A stretch of 64,000 nt of DNA. Source: Bacillota bacterium (GTDB lineage: Bacteria; Bacillota; Clostridia; Tissierellales; MES13). A program made the position numbers and the translations under genes. The stretch covers positions 8,502 to 72,501 of the forward strand of contig VEND01000050.1 in NCBI GenBank assembly GCA_009711765.1, given 5' to 3'. The notes beneath the pieces were generated by a model. That model was not told the DNA's origin, searched no databases, and saw only the letters and a program-made list of their open reading frames with translations. Below, piece by piece: positions 20,101 to 31,062 of the stretch (position 1 is its first letter; each line of letters starts with the position of its first letter).

Positions 20101-21930
20101 ATGACATATACCTTCTCGGAGGAGACCATAGAAGAAATAAGAGAAAAGAATGATATTGTTGATGTTATATCAGAATATGTTAATTTAAAAAGGACAGGCT
20201 CAAATTATAAAGGACTATGTCCTTTTCATAATGAAAAGACACCTTCTTTTGTTGTATCTCCATCAAAACAGATTTATCATTGTTTTGGTTGTAGCGAGGG
20301 TGGAGATGTCATAAAATTTATTATGGAATATCAGAATCTTGATTTTATAGAAGCATTACAATTATTAGCTGAAAGAGTAAATATTAATTTAGACGATAAG
20401 AAGTTAAAAAGAAATAGTAAAGAAAATAAAAAAAGGAAAAGATTATTTGAAATTAATAGAGAAGCTGCCATTTATTTTTATAAAAATCTTTTTAATAATA
20501 AAAAAGCATATAACTATTTATTAAATAGAGGTATAGATAAAAAAACTATAAAGTCATTTGGTTTAGGATATGCTAAATCTGATTGGGAAGATTTAAAAAA
20601 ATATTTAAAGACTAAAGGATTTAAAGAAAATGAAGTATCCGAAGTTGGATTAATTATTAAAAGAAAAAGGAAAGAAGGATATTTTGATAGATTTAGAGAT
20701 AGAATAATATTCCCTATAATTAATACAAGGAGTAATATTATTGGATTTGGAGGTAGAGTTTTAGATGATTCACAACCTAAATATCTGAATTCTCCTGATA
20801 CACCAGTATTTAATAAAGGAAAAAATCTTTATGGGTTAAATATTATTAAAAAAAATAAGAATGATAAAATCCTTTTAGTTGAAGGTTACATGGATGTTAT
20901 TTCACTTTTTAAATACGGAATTAATTATGCAGTTGCATCTTTAGGAACAGCATTAACTAAAGATCAAGCCAAATTATTAAATAGATATGGAAAGAAATTT
21001 TACATTTGTTATGATTCAGATAAAGCAGGGCAGTTAGCAACAGATAAAGCTTTAGAAATCCTATACTCGCAAGGTATAAAAGCTAAAGTTATTCTATTAC
21101 CAGAAAATAAAGATCCTGATGATTATATTAAGGATAATGGTAAAGAAAATTTTAATAAACTTTTAAAAAAATCTTTAGATTATATAGATTTTAAAATATA
21201 TTATTACAAGAAAATATATGATATAGATACTGTTGAAGGTAGTATTAATTTCACAAAAAAAATCACGAGTTTACTTAAAAAAATAAAAAGTACAATAGAA
21301 ATTGATGTTTATATAAACAAGATAGCTGAAGAAACAAATATATCAAAAGAAGCAATCAAAAAAGAAATTTACCAAAATAAAAAATCTTATGCTAAAAATA
21401 GGGAAAAGGACAAGTATATATATAATAATTATAGAAATAATAATAATAAGGAAAAAATAGTTCCTGTTAATTATACATTAGAGCCAGGACATTTAACTGC
21501 AGAGAGAAATTTAATAAATTTAATTATAAAAGATAAAACTATATATAATAAGATAAAAGATGAAATTAAACCAAAGGACTTTTTTAATAATGTTTATCGA
21601 AAATTAGCCGAAATAATATATCACAAGTATAATGAAAGTGATGATATGAAATTTGATTATGTTAAAGATAAATTTGAAAAAGAAGAAATGAAAAAAGTAA
21701 AAGAGACTTTTGATATGGAAAACCCTATGGAAGGCAGCGAAAAAATAAAGGCTGTTAGAGATTATATAGATAAGATTAATTATTATAAATTAAAGCTAAA
21801 AAAACAGGATATAAAAGAAAAATTAAAACAATATGAAAAAAATGAAAGTAAAGAAGGAGATGTTGAAAAATTCAATCAATTATGCCTACAACTTATAAGT
21901 ATAGAAAAACAATTAAAATTACATCAATAG
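20101..21930 (+). CDS. dnaG: DNA primase
   Basis: Zinc finger CPFHNEKTPSF...CFGC, a TOPRIM domain (LVEGYMDVI...YDSDKAG). The start is set at ATG 20101 (AAAGGTGG upstream); the track starts at GTG 20092. Confidence 0.95.
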   Translation: MTYTFSEETIEEIREKNDIVDVISEYVNLKRTGSNYKGLCPFHNEKTPSFVVSPSKQIYHCFGCSEGGDVIKFIMEYQNLDFIEALQLLAERVNINLDDKKLKRNSKENKKRKRLFEINREAAIYFYKNLFNNKKAYNYLLNRGIDKKTIKSFGLGYAKSDWEDLKKYLKTKGFKENEVSEVGLIIKRKRKEGYFDRFRDRIIFPIINTRSNIIGFGGRVLDDSQPKYLNSPDTPVFNKGKNLYGLNIIKKNKNDKILLVEGYMDVISLFKYGINYAVASLGTALTKDQAKLLNRYGKKFYICYDSDKAGQLATDKALEILYSQGIKAKVILLPENKDPDDYIKDNGKENFNKLLKKSLDYIDFKIYYYKKIYDIDTVEGSINFTKKITSLLKKIKSTIEIDVYINKIAEETNISKEAIKKEIYQNKKSYAKNREKDKYIYNNYRNNNNKEKIVPVNYTLEPGHLTAERNLINLIIKDKTIYNKIKDEIKPKDFFNNVYRKLAEIIYHKYNESDDMKFDYVKDKFEKEEMKKVKETFDMENPMEGSEKIKAVRDYIDKINYYKLKLKKQDIKEKLKQYEKNESKEGDVEKFNQLCLQLISIEKQLKLHQ

Positions 21931-21954
21931 ATTTTTCGGAAGGAGGTAAAGAAA

Positions 21955-23067
21955 ATGAGTAAGAAGAAAAAAAGCAACAATAAAAAGCAACAGATGGAAA
22001 TAGTTAAGAAGTTGATTGAAAAGGGTAAAAAGAAAGGTATTTTGACATATAAAGAAATAATGGATGCTCTTGAGGAAATTTCATTGGACTCTGAACAAAT
22101 AGATGATATATATGAAAGTTTAGAAGATATGGGTATAGAAATCCTAGGAGATAAAGATGATGCGCTAATAGATGATGAAGAAGATGATGAGAAAGATGAT
22201 AAAAGTAATGAATCAATTATAACTATACCTAAAGGTATAAATGTTGATGATCCGGTTAGAATGTATTTAAAAGAGATAGGAAAAGTACCATTATTAACCG
22301 CTGATGAGGAGAAAGACTTAGCCCAAAAAATGGAAGAAGGAGACTTTTTAGCTAAAAGAAGATTGGCTGAAGCAAATTTAAGGTTAGTAGTTAGTATAGC
22401 TAAGAGGTATGTTGGAAGAGGAATGCTATTTTTAGATCTAATCCAAGAAGGAAATATGGGACTAATGAAAGCAGTCGAAAAATTTGATTATAGAAAAGGA
22501 TATAAATTTAGTACCTATGCCACTTGGTGGATACGTCAAGCAATAACTAGAGCTATAGCAGACCAGGCAAGAACTATAAGAATACCAGTTCATATGGTAG
22601 AGACTATAAATAAATTAATTAGAGTATCTAGACAATTACTACAGGATTTAGGAAGAGAACCTACACCTGAAGAAATTGCTGAGGAAATGAATCTAGACGA
22701 AGAGAAGGTAAGAGAAATAATTAAAATAGCTCAAGAACCAGTATCTTTAGAGACTCCTATAGGTGAAGAAGAAGATAGTCATTTAGGTGATTTCATACCA
22801 GATGATGATGCACAGGCACCGTCTGAGGCAGCTACCTTTACCCTTTTAAAGGAGCAATTAGTTGATGTTTTAGATACACTTACGCCAAGAGAACAAAAGG
22901 TTCTTAGGTTAAGATTTGGATTAGATGATGGAAGAGCTAGAACATTAGAAGAAGTAGGAAAAGAGTTTGATGTAACTAGAGAAAGAATTAGACAGATAGA
23001 AGCAAAAGCATTGAGAAAACTTAGACATCCAAGTAGAAGTAAAAAACTTAAAGATTTCTTAGAGTAA
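21955..23067 (+). CDS. sigA: Primary RNA polymerase sigma factor (sigma-70/SigA)
   Basis: Acidic region 1, region 2 ([24 protein letters not shown]) and region 4 ([30 protein letters not shown]). Gene order is dnaG-sigA. Confidence 0.97.
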   Translation: MSKKKKSNNKKQQMEIVKKLIEKGKKKGILTYKEIMDALEEISLDSEQIDDIYESLEDMGIEILGDKDDALIDDEEDDEKDDKSNESIITIPKGINVDDPVRMYLKEIGKVPLLTADEEKDLAQKMEEGDFLAKRRLAEANLRLVVSIAKRYVGRGMLFLDLIQEGNMGLMKAVEKFDYRKGYKFSTYATWWIRQAITRAIADQARTIRIPVHMVETINKLIRVSRQLLQDLGREPTPEEIAEEMNLDEEKVREIIKIAQEPVSLETPIGEEEDSHLGDFIPDDDAQAPSEAATFTLLKEQLVDVLDTLTPREQKVLRLRFGLDDGRARTLEEVGKEFDVTRERIRQIEAKALRKLRHPSRSKKLKDFLE

Positions 23068-23100
23068 GAATGTTCAATGTTTTTTACTCTAATATAATTA

Positions 23101-23128
23101 AAGATTCGTCCATAGGGCGAATCTTTAA
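23101..23128 (+). terminator. Probable terminator after sigA
   Basis: AAGATTCGTCC / GGCGAATCTT stem with one bulge, followed by a weak T tract (TTTAATT). Confidence 0.5.
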
Positions 23129-23152
23129 TTACTATTAGAAAAGGAGGATATT

Positions 23153-23863
23153 ATGAAGGAAATAAAATCAATATTATTTGATCTTGATGGTACTTTATTA
23201 CCTATGGATATCGAAGAGTTTACCGAAAGTTATTTTAAAGAATTATCTAAAAAATTATCGGAGTATTTTACTTATGAAGAACTAAAAAGGTTAGTATGGA
23301 CATCTACTAATTATATGGTAAATAATTTAGAAGAAGATAAATTAAATATAGATGCTTTCTTTGAGGACTTTGATAAAAAAACAAATTATGATTTAGAGGA
23401 ATTAAAACCGATATTTGATGAGTTTTATAATGAGGATTTTAAAGTATTAAAAAATATTACAAAGCCAAATGAAAAAATAGTGAAATCAGTTAAGTTATTA
23501 AAAGATAAAGGATATGAAATTATTTTAGCTACAAATCCTTTATTTCCAAAGGAGGCAATTTATCATAGAATACAATGGTCGGGTTTACAAAAAGAAGATT
23601 TTGTATTTATTACAACATACGATAATATGCATTTTTGCAAACCTAATTTAGAATATTATTCTGAAATACTTAATAAAATAGAAAGAACACCAAATGAAGT
23701 AATGATGGTTGGAAATGACATGCAGGAAGATATTATTGCTAGTGAATTAGGAATAAAAACTTATCTTATAACTAATCATGTAATTAATAAAAAAAATACG
23801 AATCTTGTACCCCATTATAAAGGTACTATAGATGAGTTTTACGATTTTACTAAACAACTATAA
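23153..23863 (+). CDS. HAD-superfamily hydrolase
   Basis: Motif I FDLDGTLL and motif IV MVGNDMQEDI. Confidence 0.8.
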   Translation: MKEIKSILFDLDGTLLPMDIEEFTESYFKELSKKLSEYFTYEELKRLVWTSTNYMVNNLEEDKLNIDAFFEDFDKKTNYDLEELKPIFDEFYNEDFKVLKNITKPNEKIVKSVKLLKDKGYEIILATNPLFPKEAIYHRIQWSGLQKEDFVFITTYDNMHFCKPNLEYYSEILNKIERTPNEVMMVGNDMQEDIIASELGIKTYLITNHVINKKNTNLVPHYKGTIDEFYDFTKQL

Positions 23864-23882
23864 CTTTGATAAGGGGAATTAT

Positions 23883-24572
23883 ATGAGACTTTCACCAAGA
23901 CTAAAAACAATTTCTAAATTTGTTGAAAAGGACACTTTAGTAGCTGATATAGGTACAGACCATGGATACATACCTGTTTATTTAATAGAAAAAGGAATAG
24001 CAAAAGAGGTTATTGCCAGTGATGTAAATAAAGCACCTTTAGAAAGTGCAAAGGGTTATATCTTAAAAAAAGGATTAGAAAATAAAATTGAAACAAGATT
24101 AGGAAATGGGTTAAAAGTTTTAAAGCCTAGGGAAGTAGACACAGTGATAATAGCTGGAATGGGCGGTATTTTGATATCAGAAATCTTATCTGAATCTAGT
24201 ATGATAGTGAAAGATATTAAAAACTTTATATTACAGCCTATGGTTGCTTCTGAGCAATTAAGAAGATACTTGTATAATAATAATTTTAAAATAATAGATG
24301 AAAAATTAGCTAAGGAAGATAATAGATATTATGAAATTATAAAAGTTCAATTAGGTAAGGACAATATTGAGGATCCAATATTTCTTGAAATAGGTAAAAA
24401 ACTATTAGAAAATAAAGATCCTTTATTAGATTCTTTCCTAGCTAAAAAATTAAAAAAAATAAGAAAAATTTTGAAAAACATAGAGGAAAATGGTAATGTT
24501 TTCAGAAATGATAAATATAATAAGTTAAAAATAAAATATAATAAAATAAAAAGGATGAAGGAGTCTATATGA
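23883..24572 (+). CDS. trmK: tRNA (adenine22-N1)-methyltransferase
   Basis: Contains MRLSPRLKTISKFV..VADIGTDHGYIPVYL. The start is set at ATG 23883 (AAGGGGA upstream); the track's 23832 start overlaps the HAD gene. Confidence 0.85.
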   Translation: MRLSPRLKTISKFVEKDTLVADIGTDHGYIPVYLIEKGIAKEVIASDVNKAPLESAKGYILKKGLENKIETRLGNGLKVLKPREVDTVIIAGMGGILISEILSESSMIVKDIKNFILQPMVASEQLRRYLYNNNFKIIDEKLAKEDNRYYEIIKVQLGKDNIEDPIFLEIGKKLLENKDPLLDSFLAKKLKKIRKILKNIEENGNVFRNDKYNKLKIKYNKIKRMKESI

Positions 24573-25666
24573 TTACAGAAGATATTATCCGGCTATTAAA
24601 TATCTTTGCACCTTATAAACTAAATGAAAATGACCATTCAGGGTTGCAAATAGGGAGTTTTAAAAAAAGAATAAATAAGGTTTTGTTAGCATTAGATATA
24701 ACACAGGATGTTTTAAATGAGGCAATTGAAAATGGTACAGATCTTATAATAACTCATCATCCACTATTTTATGAAAGTTTCAATAATATAAATAACGATA
24801 CAGCCAAAGGAAAATTAATATCAAGTATAGTGAAAAATGATATAAGTGTTTATACAGCTCATAGTAATTTAGATATTTCACCAGGAGGAATAAATGATAA
24901 ACTAGCAAAGTTATTAAACATAAAAAATCCAGAGATAATAAAGGAAATGTTAGTGAAAAAATTATATAAAATAGTTGTGTTTGTACCTTCTAAACATGCA
25001 GAAGGGTTAAGAGAAGTAATTTCTAAAAAAGGAGCTGGTTGGATAGGGAATTATAGTCACTGTACTTTTAATGTAGAAGGTATAGGAACTTTTATGCCTA
25101 GAGAGAATACAAATCCTTATATAGGAAAAAAAGATAAATTAGAAAAGGTACGGGAAGTGAGAATAGAGACTATAGTCACAGAAGATATCTTAGATGATGT
25201 AATATCAACCATGATTAAGAAACACCCCTATGAAGAAGTTGCTTATGATATATATCCAGTAATTAATAAAACAAAAGTTTATGGTATAGGATGTATAGGT
25301 AATGTCCAACCAACGAAATTAAAGGACTTTGCACGAAAGGTTAAAAAGAATTTAGATTGTGGAAATGTTAAAGTTTATGGTAAAATGGACAAAACGATTG
25401 AAAGTGTGGCTGTTTGTGGAGGAAAAGGTTCTGATTTAATAAATATTGTTTATGATAAAGGGGCTGACGCTTATATAACAGGAGATATTAGGCCAGAAGA
25501 TGCAAAAAAAGCTTTAGACTTAGGATTAAATCTTATAGATGCTAATTATTATAATACAGAAAAGATAATATTACCTGTAATAAAACAATTTTTAGAAAGC
25601 GAAACTAATAATTTAGAAATTTCTGTTTCTGAATTTGATAATATTGCGCCTTTTTCAATAATATAA
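24569..25666 (+). CDS. Nif3-like dinuclear metal centre protein (YqfO family, with PII-like insert)
   Basis: ITHHPLF motif in the 365-aa long form. An ATGA overlap with the trmK stop indicates translational coupling. Confidence 0.85.
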   Translation: MITEDIIRLLNIFAPYKLNENDHSGLQIGSFKKRINKVLLALDITQDVLNEAIENGTDLIITHHPLFYESFNNINNDTAKGKLISSIVKNDISVYTAHSNLDISPGGINDKLAKLLNIKNPEIIKEMLVKKLYKIVVFVPSKHAEGLREVISKKGAGWIGNYSHCTFNVEGIGTFMPRENTNPYIGKKDKLEKVREVRIETIVTEDILDDVISTMIKKHPYEEVAYDIYPVINKTKVYGIGCIGNVQPTKLKDFARKVKKNLDCGNVKVYGKMDKTIESVAVCGGKGSDLINIVYDKGADAYITGDIRPEDAKKALDLGLNLIDANYYNTEKIILPVIKQFLESETNNLEISVSEFDNIAPFSII

Positions 25667-25693
25667 ACACGAAGAGTCGCTAGGAGGTATAAT

Positions 25694-26413
25694 ATGAATC
25701 AATTAAAACTTTTATGGCAATTACAAAATTATGATAATAGATTAACAGAAATAGAACAAGAGAAAGAAAATTTAATGGATGAAAAGGACATAGAAGATTT
25801 AAATGTAAAATTAATGCAAACTAAATATGATTTAATGAATAAAAAGACTCAATTTGACGTTGATAATGAAAAAATTGAAAGACATAACAAAAAGTTAAAA
25901 GAAATAAATTATAGTATAAAACAAATCGATAATAAACTATATGGAGGAGATATTTCAAATATTAAACATTTAGAGAAACTGCAACAGGAAGATACTGAAT
26001 TAAAAGAGACAGCAAATAATTTAGAAACAGATATACTTACTTTAATGGAGGATATAGAAAAAACGGATAAAGAAATATTAGTACTCGATAAAGAATATAA
26101 AAGTTTAGTTAAAAGTATAGATAAAATTAAGGAAGAAAAGGATGAAAAACTAAAAGCCTTAAATAAAGAAATTGAAGACATAGAGAATAATCATAAAAAT
26201 ATTATAGAAAAATTAGATGATGATATGTTAAGAAGATACAAGAAATTAAAAAGTAGAAAAGGGAAAGCCGTTGTTAAAGTGATAGGTGATAAATGTACAG
26301 GCTGTCATATGAATATACCTCTTTCTACTTTATCTAAAATAAAATCAAATAGTAAAATTCATTTCTGTGACAATTGTGGTCGAATATTATACTATGTAGC
26401 AGAAGAAAGTTAA
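25694..26413 (+). CDS. Coiled-coil protein with C-terminal C4 zinc ribbon (COG1579/DUF164 type)
   Basis: Long heptad-rich Glu/Lys body, then CTGCHMNIP...CDNCGRILY. Conserved partner downstream of nif3. Confidence 0.75.
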   Translation: MNQLKLLWQLQNYDNRLTEIEQEKENLMDEKDIEDLNVKLMQTKYDLMNKKTQFDVDNEKIERHNKKLKEINYSIKQIDNKLYGGDISNIKHLEKLQQEDTELKETANNLETDILTLMEDIEKTDKEILVLDKEYKSLVKSIDKIKEEKDEKLKALNKEIEDIENNHKNIIEKLDDDMLRRYKKLKSRKGKAVVKVIGDKCTGCHMNIPLSTLSKIKSNSKIHFCDNCGRILYYVAEES

Positions 26414-26475
26414 TTGTATCTAGAAATATTATAATAAACAAATCAGAAAATTATAATAGAAAAACAAAATAGTAG

Positions 26476-26504
26476 TTGACATAATATTAATAACATGCTA
26501 TACT
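26476..26504 (+). promoter_or_regulatory. Sigma-A type promoter for rnpB
   Basis: TTGACA (26476-26481), a 17-nt spacer, then TATACT (26499-26504). Confidence 0.6.
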
Positions 26505-26528
26505 AGTTTGTACTGAAATAAAAAAAGA

Positions 26529-26870
26529 ATTGAGTAAGTCAAACAGTCGCATGCATATTGCATGAGGAAAGTCCGAGCTCCATAGAGCACAGATGCTGGA
26601 TAACGTCCAGTGGGGGCGACCCTAAGGATAGTGCAACAGAGATATACCGCCTGAGTATTTCAGGTAAGGGTGGAAAGGCGAGGTAAGAGCTCACCAGTAA
26701 CTAGGTGACTAGTTAGCTATGTAAACCCCATCTGGAGCAAGACCAAGTAGAGACGATGAAAAGTAGCTGCTCGCTACTGTCTCGTAGGTAGGTCGCTTGA
26801 ACTTATTGGCAACGATAAGTCTAGATAGATGACTGTTTAATACAGAACTCGGCTCATAGATTTACTCAAT
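26529..26870 (+). ncRNA. rnpB: RNase P RNA (bacterial; type B expected for Firmicutes)
   Basis: Universal motifs GAGGAAAGTCCGAGC, GGATAACGTCCAGTGGGGGCGACCC..., GGTAAGGGTGGAAAGG and ACAGAACTCGGCTCATAG. P1 pairing is ATTGAGTAA (26529-26537) with TTACTCAAT (26862-26870). The mature ends are approximate. Confidence 0.9.
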
Positions 26871-26880
26871 ATATTTTACT

Positions 26881-26909
26881 TACACTACGTAATGACGTAG
26901 TGTATTTTT
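26881..26909 (+). terminator. Rho-independent terminator after rnpB
   Basis: Perfect 10-bp stem TACACTACGT / ACGTAGTGTA, loop AATG, then T5. Confidence 0.75.
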
Positions 26910-26929
26910 AATATAAAAGGAAGGTTATT

Positions 26930-27643
26930 ATGAAATTATTTATAGAGTTTAATGACAAAGAAGTGATTATAGATGTTATTTATAGAGCTAGAAAAACATT
27001 AGAAATTCAAATGAAATCTTCTAAAAATATTAGAATACTTTCACCTAAAGGTCTAAAGAAAGAAAAAATAATTGATATAATTGAAAATAAAAAACAATGG
27101 ATTATTAAAAAAATTCACGAATTAGAAATTATAGAAAAGAGGTTAAGTAAAAGAATATTCCAAACAGGAGGTATCTTTTTATATTTAGGAAAAGAATATA
27201 AATTGGAGTTAAACTTTAAAGAAAATTTTGATACTATAAAAATCAAGTTAAAAAATGAAAAATTAAATATATATACTTATACAACTGATGAAAATATATT
27301 AAAAGATGCATTAAAAAAGTGGTATAAAGAAAAGGCATTAAAATTAATTACTAGTCGTATAAATGAATACATATTTAAGATTAATAGAAAAGCAAGGAAA
27401 ATAAAGGTGAAAGAGCAAAAAAGTAGATGGGGGAGTTGTTCTTCAAAGGGGGACTTATTTTTCAACTATAAAATAGTAATGGCTCCTATAGAAATTATAG
27501 ATTATATTGTTGTACACGAATTGTGTCACTTAGTTCACTTAAATCATTCTAAAAAATATTGGGAACTTGTAAAAAATGTATTACCAGATTATAAAATGTA
27601 TAGACAATGGTTAAAAGAAAATGGAAAAGAGCTCACTTTTTAA
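26930..27643 (+). CDS. YgjP-like zinc metallopeptidase (DUF45 / M48-like)
   Basis: HEXXH motif in VVHELCHLVHLNHSKKYW. 237 aa. Confidence 0.8.
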   Translation: MKLFIEFNDKEVIIDVIYRARKTLEIQMKSSKNIRILSPKGLKKEKIIDIIENKKQWIIKKIHELEIIEKRLSKRIFQTGGIFLYLGKEYKLELNFKENFDTIKIKLKNEKLNIYTYTTDENILKDALKKWYKEKALKLITSRINEYIFKINRKARKIKVKEQKSRWGSCSSKGDLFFNYKIVMAPIEIIDYIVVHELCHLVHLNHSKKYWELVKNVLPDYKMYRQWLKENGKELTF

Positions 27644-27672
27644 TTATTTATAAAAAGTATACTAAGCAATAA

Positions 27673-27703
27673 AATAAGCTCTTTAGGAAAAGAGCTTATT
27701 TTT
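27673..27703. terminator. Bidirectional terminator between DUF45 and cysE
   Basis: Perfect 12-bp stem AATAAGCTCTTT / AAAGAGCTTATT, loop AGGA, flanked by A and T runs. The right arm overlaps the cysE stop codon. Confidence 0.8.
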
Positions 27704-28307
27704 CTGCTTGTTTTTCTAATTTTTCTAGTTCATCTATACGTTTTAAAATATCCATACGCTTGTCCTTTAAAAAAATAATATTATCTTCATTATTATTTCT
27801 TTTAACAATTTTTGCAGGATTTCCTACAGCAGTACAATTAGGAGGAATATTATTTAAAACTATACTACCTGCTCCTATTTTAGAATTAGAACCTATTGTA
27901 ATAGAACCTAATAGTTTAGCACCTGAACCTATTAATACATTGTCATGGATGGTAGGATGGCGCTTACCAGTATCTTTACCAGTTCCACCTAAAGTAACTT
28001 GATGATATATAGTGACGTCATCACCTATTTCTGCTGTTTCTCCTATTACTATACCATTTCCATGGTCAATAAACAATCTTTTACCTATAGTTGCACCTGG
28101 ATGAATTTCTATTCCAGTGAAAAATCTAGAAATATTAGATATAAATTTTGCTATAAATCTAAATTTATTTATATAAAAAAAGTGAGCCAATCTATATGCT
28201 AAAACTGCATGTACACCAGGATAAGTAATTAGAATTTCAAATATATTATTAGCTGCTGGGTCTTTTTGTTTTACATTATATAGTTCTTCTTTTATTTTTT
28301 TAAACAA
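27696..28307 (-). CDS. cysE: Serine O-acetyltransferase
   Basis: Left-handed beta-helix hexapeptide repeats ([44 protein letters not shown]). TTG start after AAGGAG. Confidence 0.85.
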   Translation of the reverse strand: MFKKIKEELYNVKQKDPAANNIFEILITYPGVHAVLAYRLAHFFYINKFRFIAKFISNISRFFTGIEIHPGATIGKRLFIDHGNGIVIGETAEIGDDVTIYHQVTLGGTGKDTGKRHPTIHDNVLIGSGAKLLGSITIGSNSKIGAGSIVLNNIPPNCTAVGNPAKIVKRNNNEDNIIFLKDKRMDILKRIDELEKLEKQAEK

Positions 28308-28441
28308 GATACTTCTCCTTTCAAAGATGTTTATTTTATTATAACATTTTAATGGTTAAATTTTAAGTGCTTTTTGTTATAATTAATTAGTAGGGATTGT
28401 GAGTAAATACAGTGGCAACTATATTTAAATGAGGTGGATAT

Positions 28442-29281
28442 ATGTTACAATTTGAAAAAATTCATGGATTAGGTAATGATTTTGTGATTATAAATGCAAT
28501 AGATAAGGAAATAAAAAATTATAATCAATTGGCTAAAAAGGTTTGTAATAGACACTTTGGTGTAGGCGCAGATGGGATGATAGTAGCAGAAAAATCATCA
28601 TTAGCCGATATTAAAATGCTTTTTTTTAATGCTAATGGAACTGAAGCAAATATGTGTGGCAATGGTATAAGATGTTTTTCTAAATTTGCTTATGATAATA
28701 AACTTGTAAAAGAGAAGAAATTTGTTGTTGAGACATTAGCAGGTATAATGAAGACAAGAGTTTTATTAAATGAAAAGAAAGTAGAATTAGTACAAGTTGA
28801 TATGGGAAAACCGAATTTTTCTGCAAAAGAAATACCAGTGTTTACTAATGATAAATCATTTATTTGTAAATCTGTAGATATTGAAGGTAAAGAGTATACT
28901 ATTTCAGCATTAAATATAGGAAGTGTAAATGCTATAATATATGTAGATGATATTAAAAAAATTGATATAGAACAGGAAGGTAAAGCCATAGAAAAAAGTT
29001 ATTTATTTCCAGAGGGGATAAATGTAAATTTTGTAAAAAAAATAAGTGGAAGGGAAATAGAATTAATTACTTGGGAAAGGGGAGTTGGTAAAACCTTAGC
29101 ATGTGGTACAGGAGCTGCAGCTGCAGTTATCATAGGAAGAAAATATTTTAACTTAAATTCTAAAGTAAATGTTAATTTAGAAGGTGGAAGTATAGGAATT
29201 GAAGAATATGATGACGGTAGAATAATAATGACAGGTTTAGCAACTTCTGTTTTTAAAGGTGAGTATTATAATTATGAATAG
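28442..29281 (+). CDS. dapF: Diaminopimelate epimerase
   Basis: Contains F.KIHGLGNDFVIIN, catalytic Cys motifs (NMCGNGIRCF and LACGTGAAA). 279 aa. Confidence 0.9.
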   Translation: MLQFEKIHGLGNDFVIINAIDKEIKNYNQLAKKVCNRHFGVGADGMIVAEKSSLADIKMLFFNANGTEANMCGNGIRCFSKFAYDNKLVKEKKFVVETLAGIMKTRVLLNEKKVELVQVDMGKPNFSAKEIPVFTNDKSFICKSVDIEGKEYTISALNIGSVNAIIYVDDIKKIDIEQEGKAIEKSYLFPEGINVNFVKKISGREIELITWERGVGKTLACGTGAAAAVIIGRKYFNLNSKVNVNLEGGSIGIEEYDDGRIIMTGLATSVFKGEYYNYE

Positions 29282-29289
29282 TCTTTAAT

Positions 29290-29319
29290 AAAAAAAAGAC
29301 CCTCACTGAGGGTCTTTTA
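29290..29319. terminator. Bidirectional terminator shared by dapF (+) and ferredoxin (-)
   Basis: A7, then AGACCCT cactg AGGGTCT, then T4. Confidence 0.85.
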
Positions 29320-29331
29320 TGTAAATTACAA

Positions 29332-29508
<177 letters not shown>

Positions 29509-29703
29509 TCACCTCCTTGAAACATTTAACATAAATATATAATAGCATATTTTTATTGATAATAAAAGTGTTTTTTTAGGCTTGTATATAATTTATATTA
29601 AATTAGCACTTTAAATCATTATAATTTTAAATTTTGTATAATAATATATATTGATGTCAAAATTTAGTGTATGATAGGATATTATTTAATTAGTATATCT
29701 ACT

Positions 29704-30981
29704 TTAATTATTTGCCATTTTCCTTCCTTCGTTTACATTTACTGTTGAGAGAAGTATTAAACCTAGGATAAAGAAAGCAATTAATGATATAATACCAAAC
29801 CTACTAGAACCTGTTAATTGGGCTATTAAAGCAAATACAAAGGGACCAAATACAGCTGCGAACTTACTAGAAATTGCTAAAAAACCAAAGAACTCAGAGG
29901 ATTTTTTCTTAGGAACCATTGAAGCATAAAGGGATCTACTTAAGGCTTGACTTCCTCCTTGTACTGTGCCTACTAAGAATGCTAGAACCCAAAAATCGAA
30001 GGCAGAGTTTAGGAAAAATCCCCAAGTTGTTATTAGGATATAAATAGATACAGCAATGTATATTGACTTTTTTGCTCCAATTTTATTAGCTATTTTTCCA
30101 AATAATAATGAAAAAGGTATTCCTACAAATTGAGTTAATAATAAAGCACCTATTAAATGTAGTTTTCCAATACCAACTTCTCTTCCATAGATAGTAGCCA
30201 TTCTTATAATTGTACCTATTCCATCATTATACAACCAGAAAGCTAAGATGAATTTAAATAATTGTTTATACTTTTTTATTTCTTTAAAAGTATTATAAAT
30301 TCTTTTAAATCCTATTAAAACATATGAACCTTTTGATACCTTTTTTTTAATATCTCGGACGTTTTTAAATAAGGGTAGAGAAAAAGTAAACCACCAAACG
30401 GCAACAGTTAAGAAAGTAAATCTAGTAGCTATAACAGTATTTTTAAAGAAAAAAAGTTTTGGATATTGAATTATAAAAAGATTTATCATTAATAACAATC
30501 CACCGCCAAGATATCCCATTGCAAATCCTTTTGAGGATATAGTATCTATATTATCAGAAGTTGATATTTCAGGTAAAATACTATCATAAAAAACATTGCC
30601 TCCAGAAAATCCTATACTTGCGAAAATAAATAATAAAGAACAAAGGATATAATCACCAGAATCAACTGCAATGAGTGATGCTGTAGCTAGGATACCTGTA
30701 TATGCAAATATTTTTAAAAATTTCATTTTGAGATGAGAATAATCAGATATGGCACCAAGAACTGGTACCATTAATGCTACTATTAACATAGCTATTGATT
30801 GAGTATAGCCCCAGTAAGAAGTAGCCTTAGCTTTTGATAATACACTACCTGCTATGTCTGTATAAAAAATTGGAAGTACTGTAGCCATGATAGTAGTAGC
30901 AAAAGCAGAGTTAGCCCAATCATAAAAAACCCAACTTCTTATGATTTTATTGTTATCTTTGTTTGAAAGATCTAGTGTCAT
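29704..30981 (-). CDS. MFS transporter (UMF1/Atg22-like subfamily)
   Basis: About 12 TM helices. The N-terminal WVFYDWANSAF motif is typical of the UMF1 family. Confidence 0.8.
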   Translation of the reverse strand: MTLDLSNKDNNKIIRSWVFYDWANSAFATTIMATVLPIFYTDIAGSVLSKAKATSYWGYTQSIAMLIVALMVPVLGAISDYSHLKMKFLKIFAYTGILATASLIAVDSGDYILCSLLFIFASIGFSGGNVFYDSILPEISTSDNIDTISSKGFAMGYLGGGLLLMINLFIIQYPKLFFFKNTVIATRFTFLTVAVWWFTFSLPLFKNVRDIKKKVSKGSYVLIGFKRIYNTFKEIKKYKQLFKFILAFWLYNDGIGTIIRMATIYGREVGIGKLHLIGALLLTQFVGIPFSLLFGKIANKIGAKKSIYIAVSIYILITTWGFFLNSAFDFWVLAFLVGTVQGGSQALSRSLYASMVPKKKSSEFFGFLAISSKFAAVFGPFVFALIAQLTGSSRFGIISLIAFFILGLILLSTVNVNEGRKMANN

Positions 30982-31062
30982 AATGTTGCCCCCTTTTAGT
31001 TTTTAATTTTATTCTAATTGAAGTAAAAAACATTTTTCAATTAAAGATTCTAAATTAGAAAG

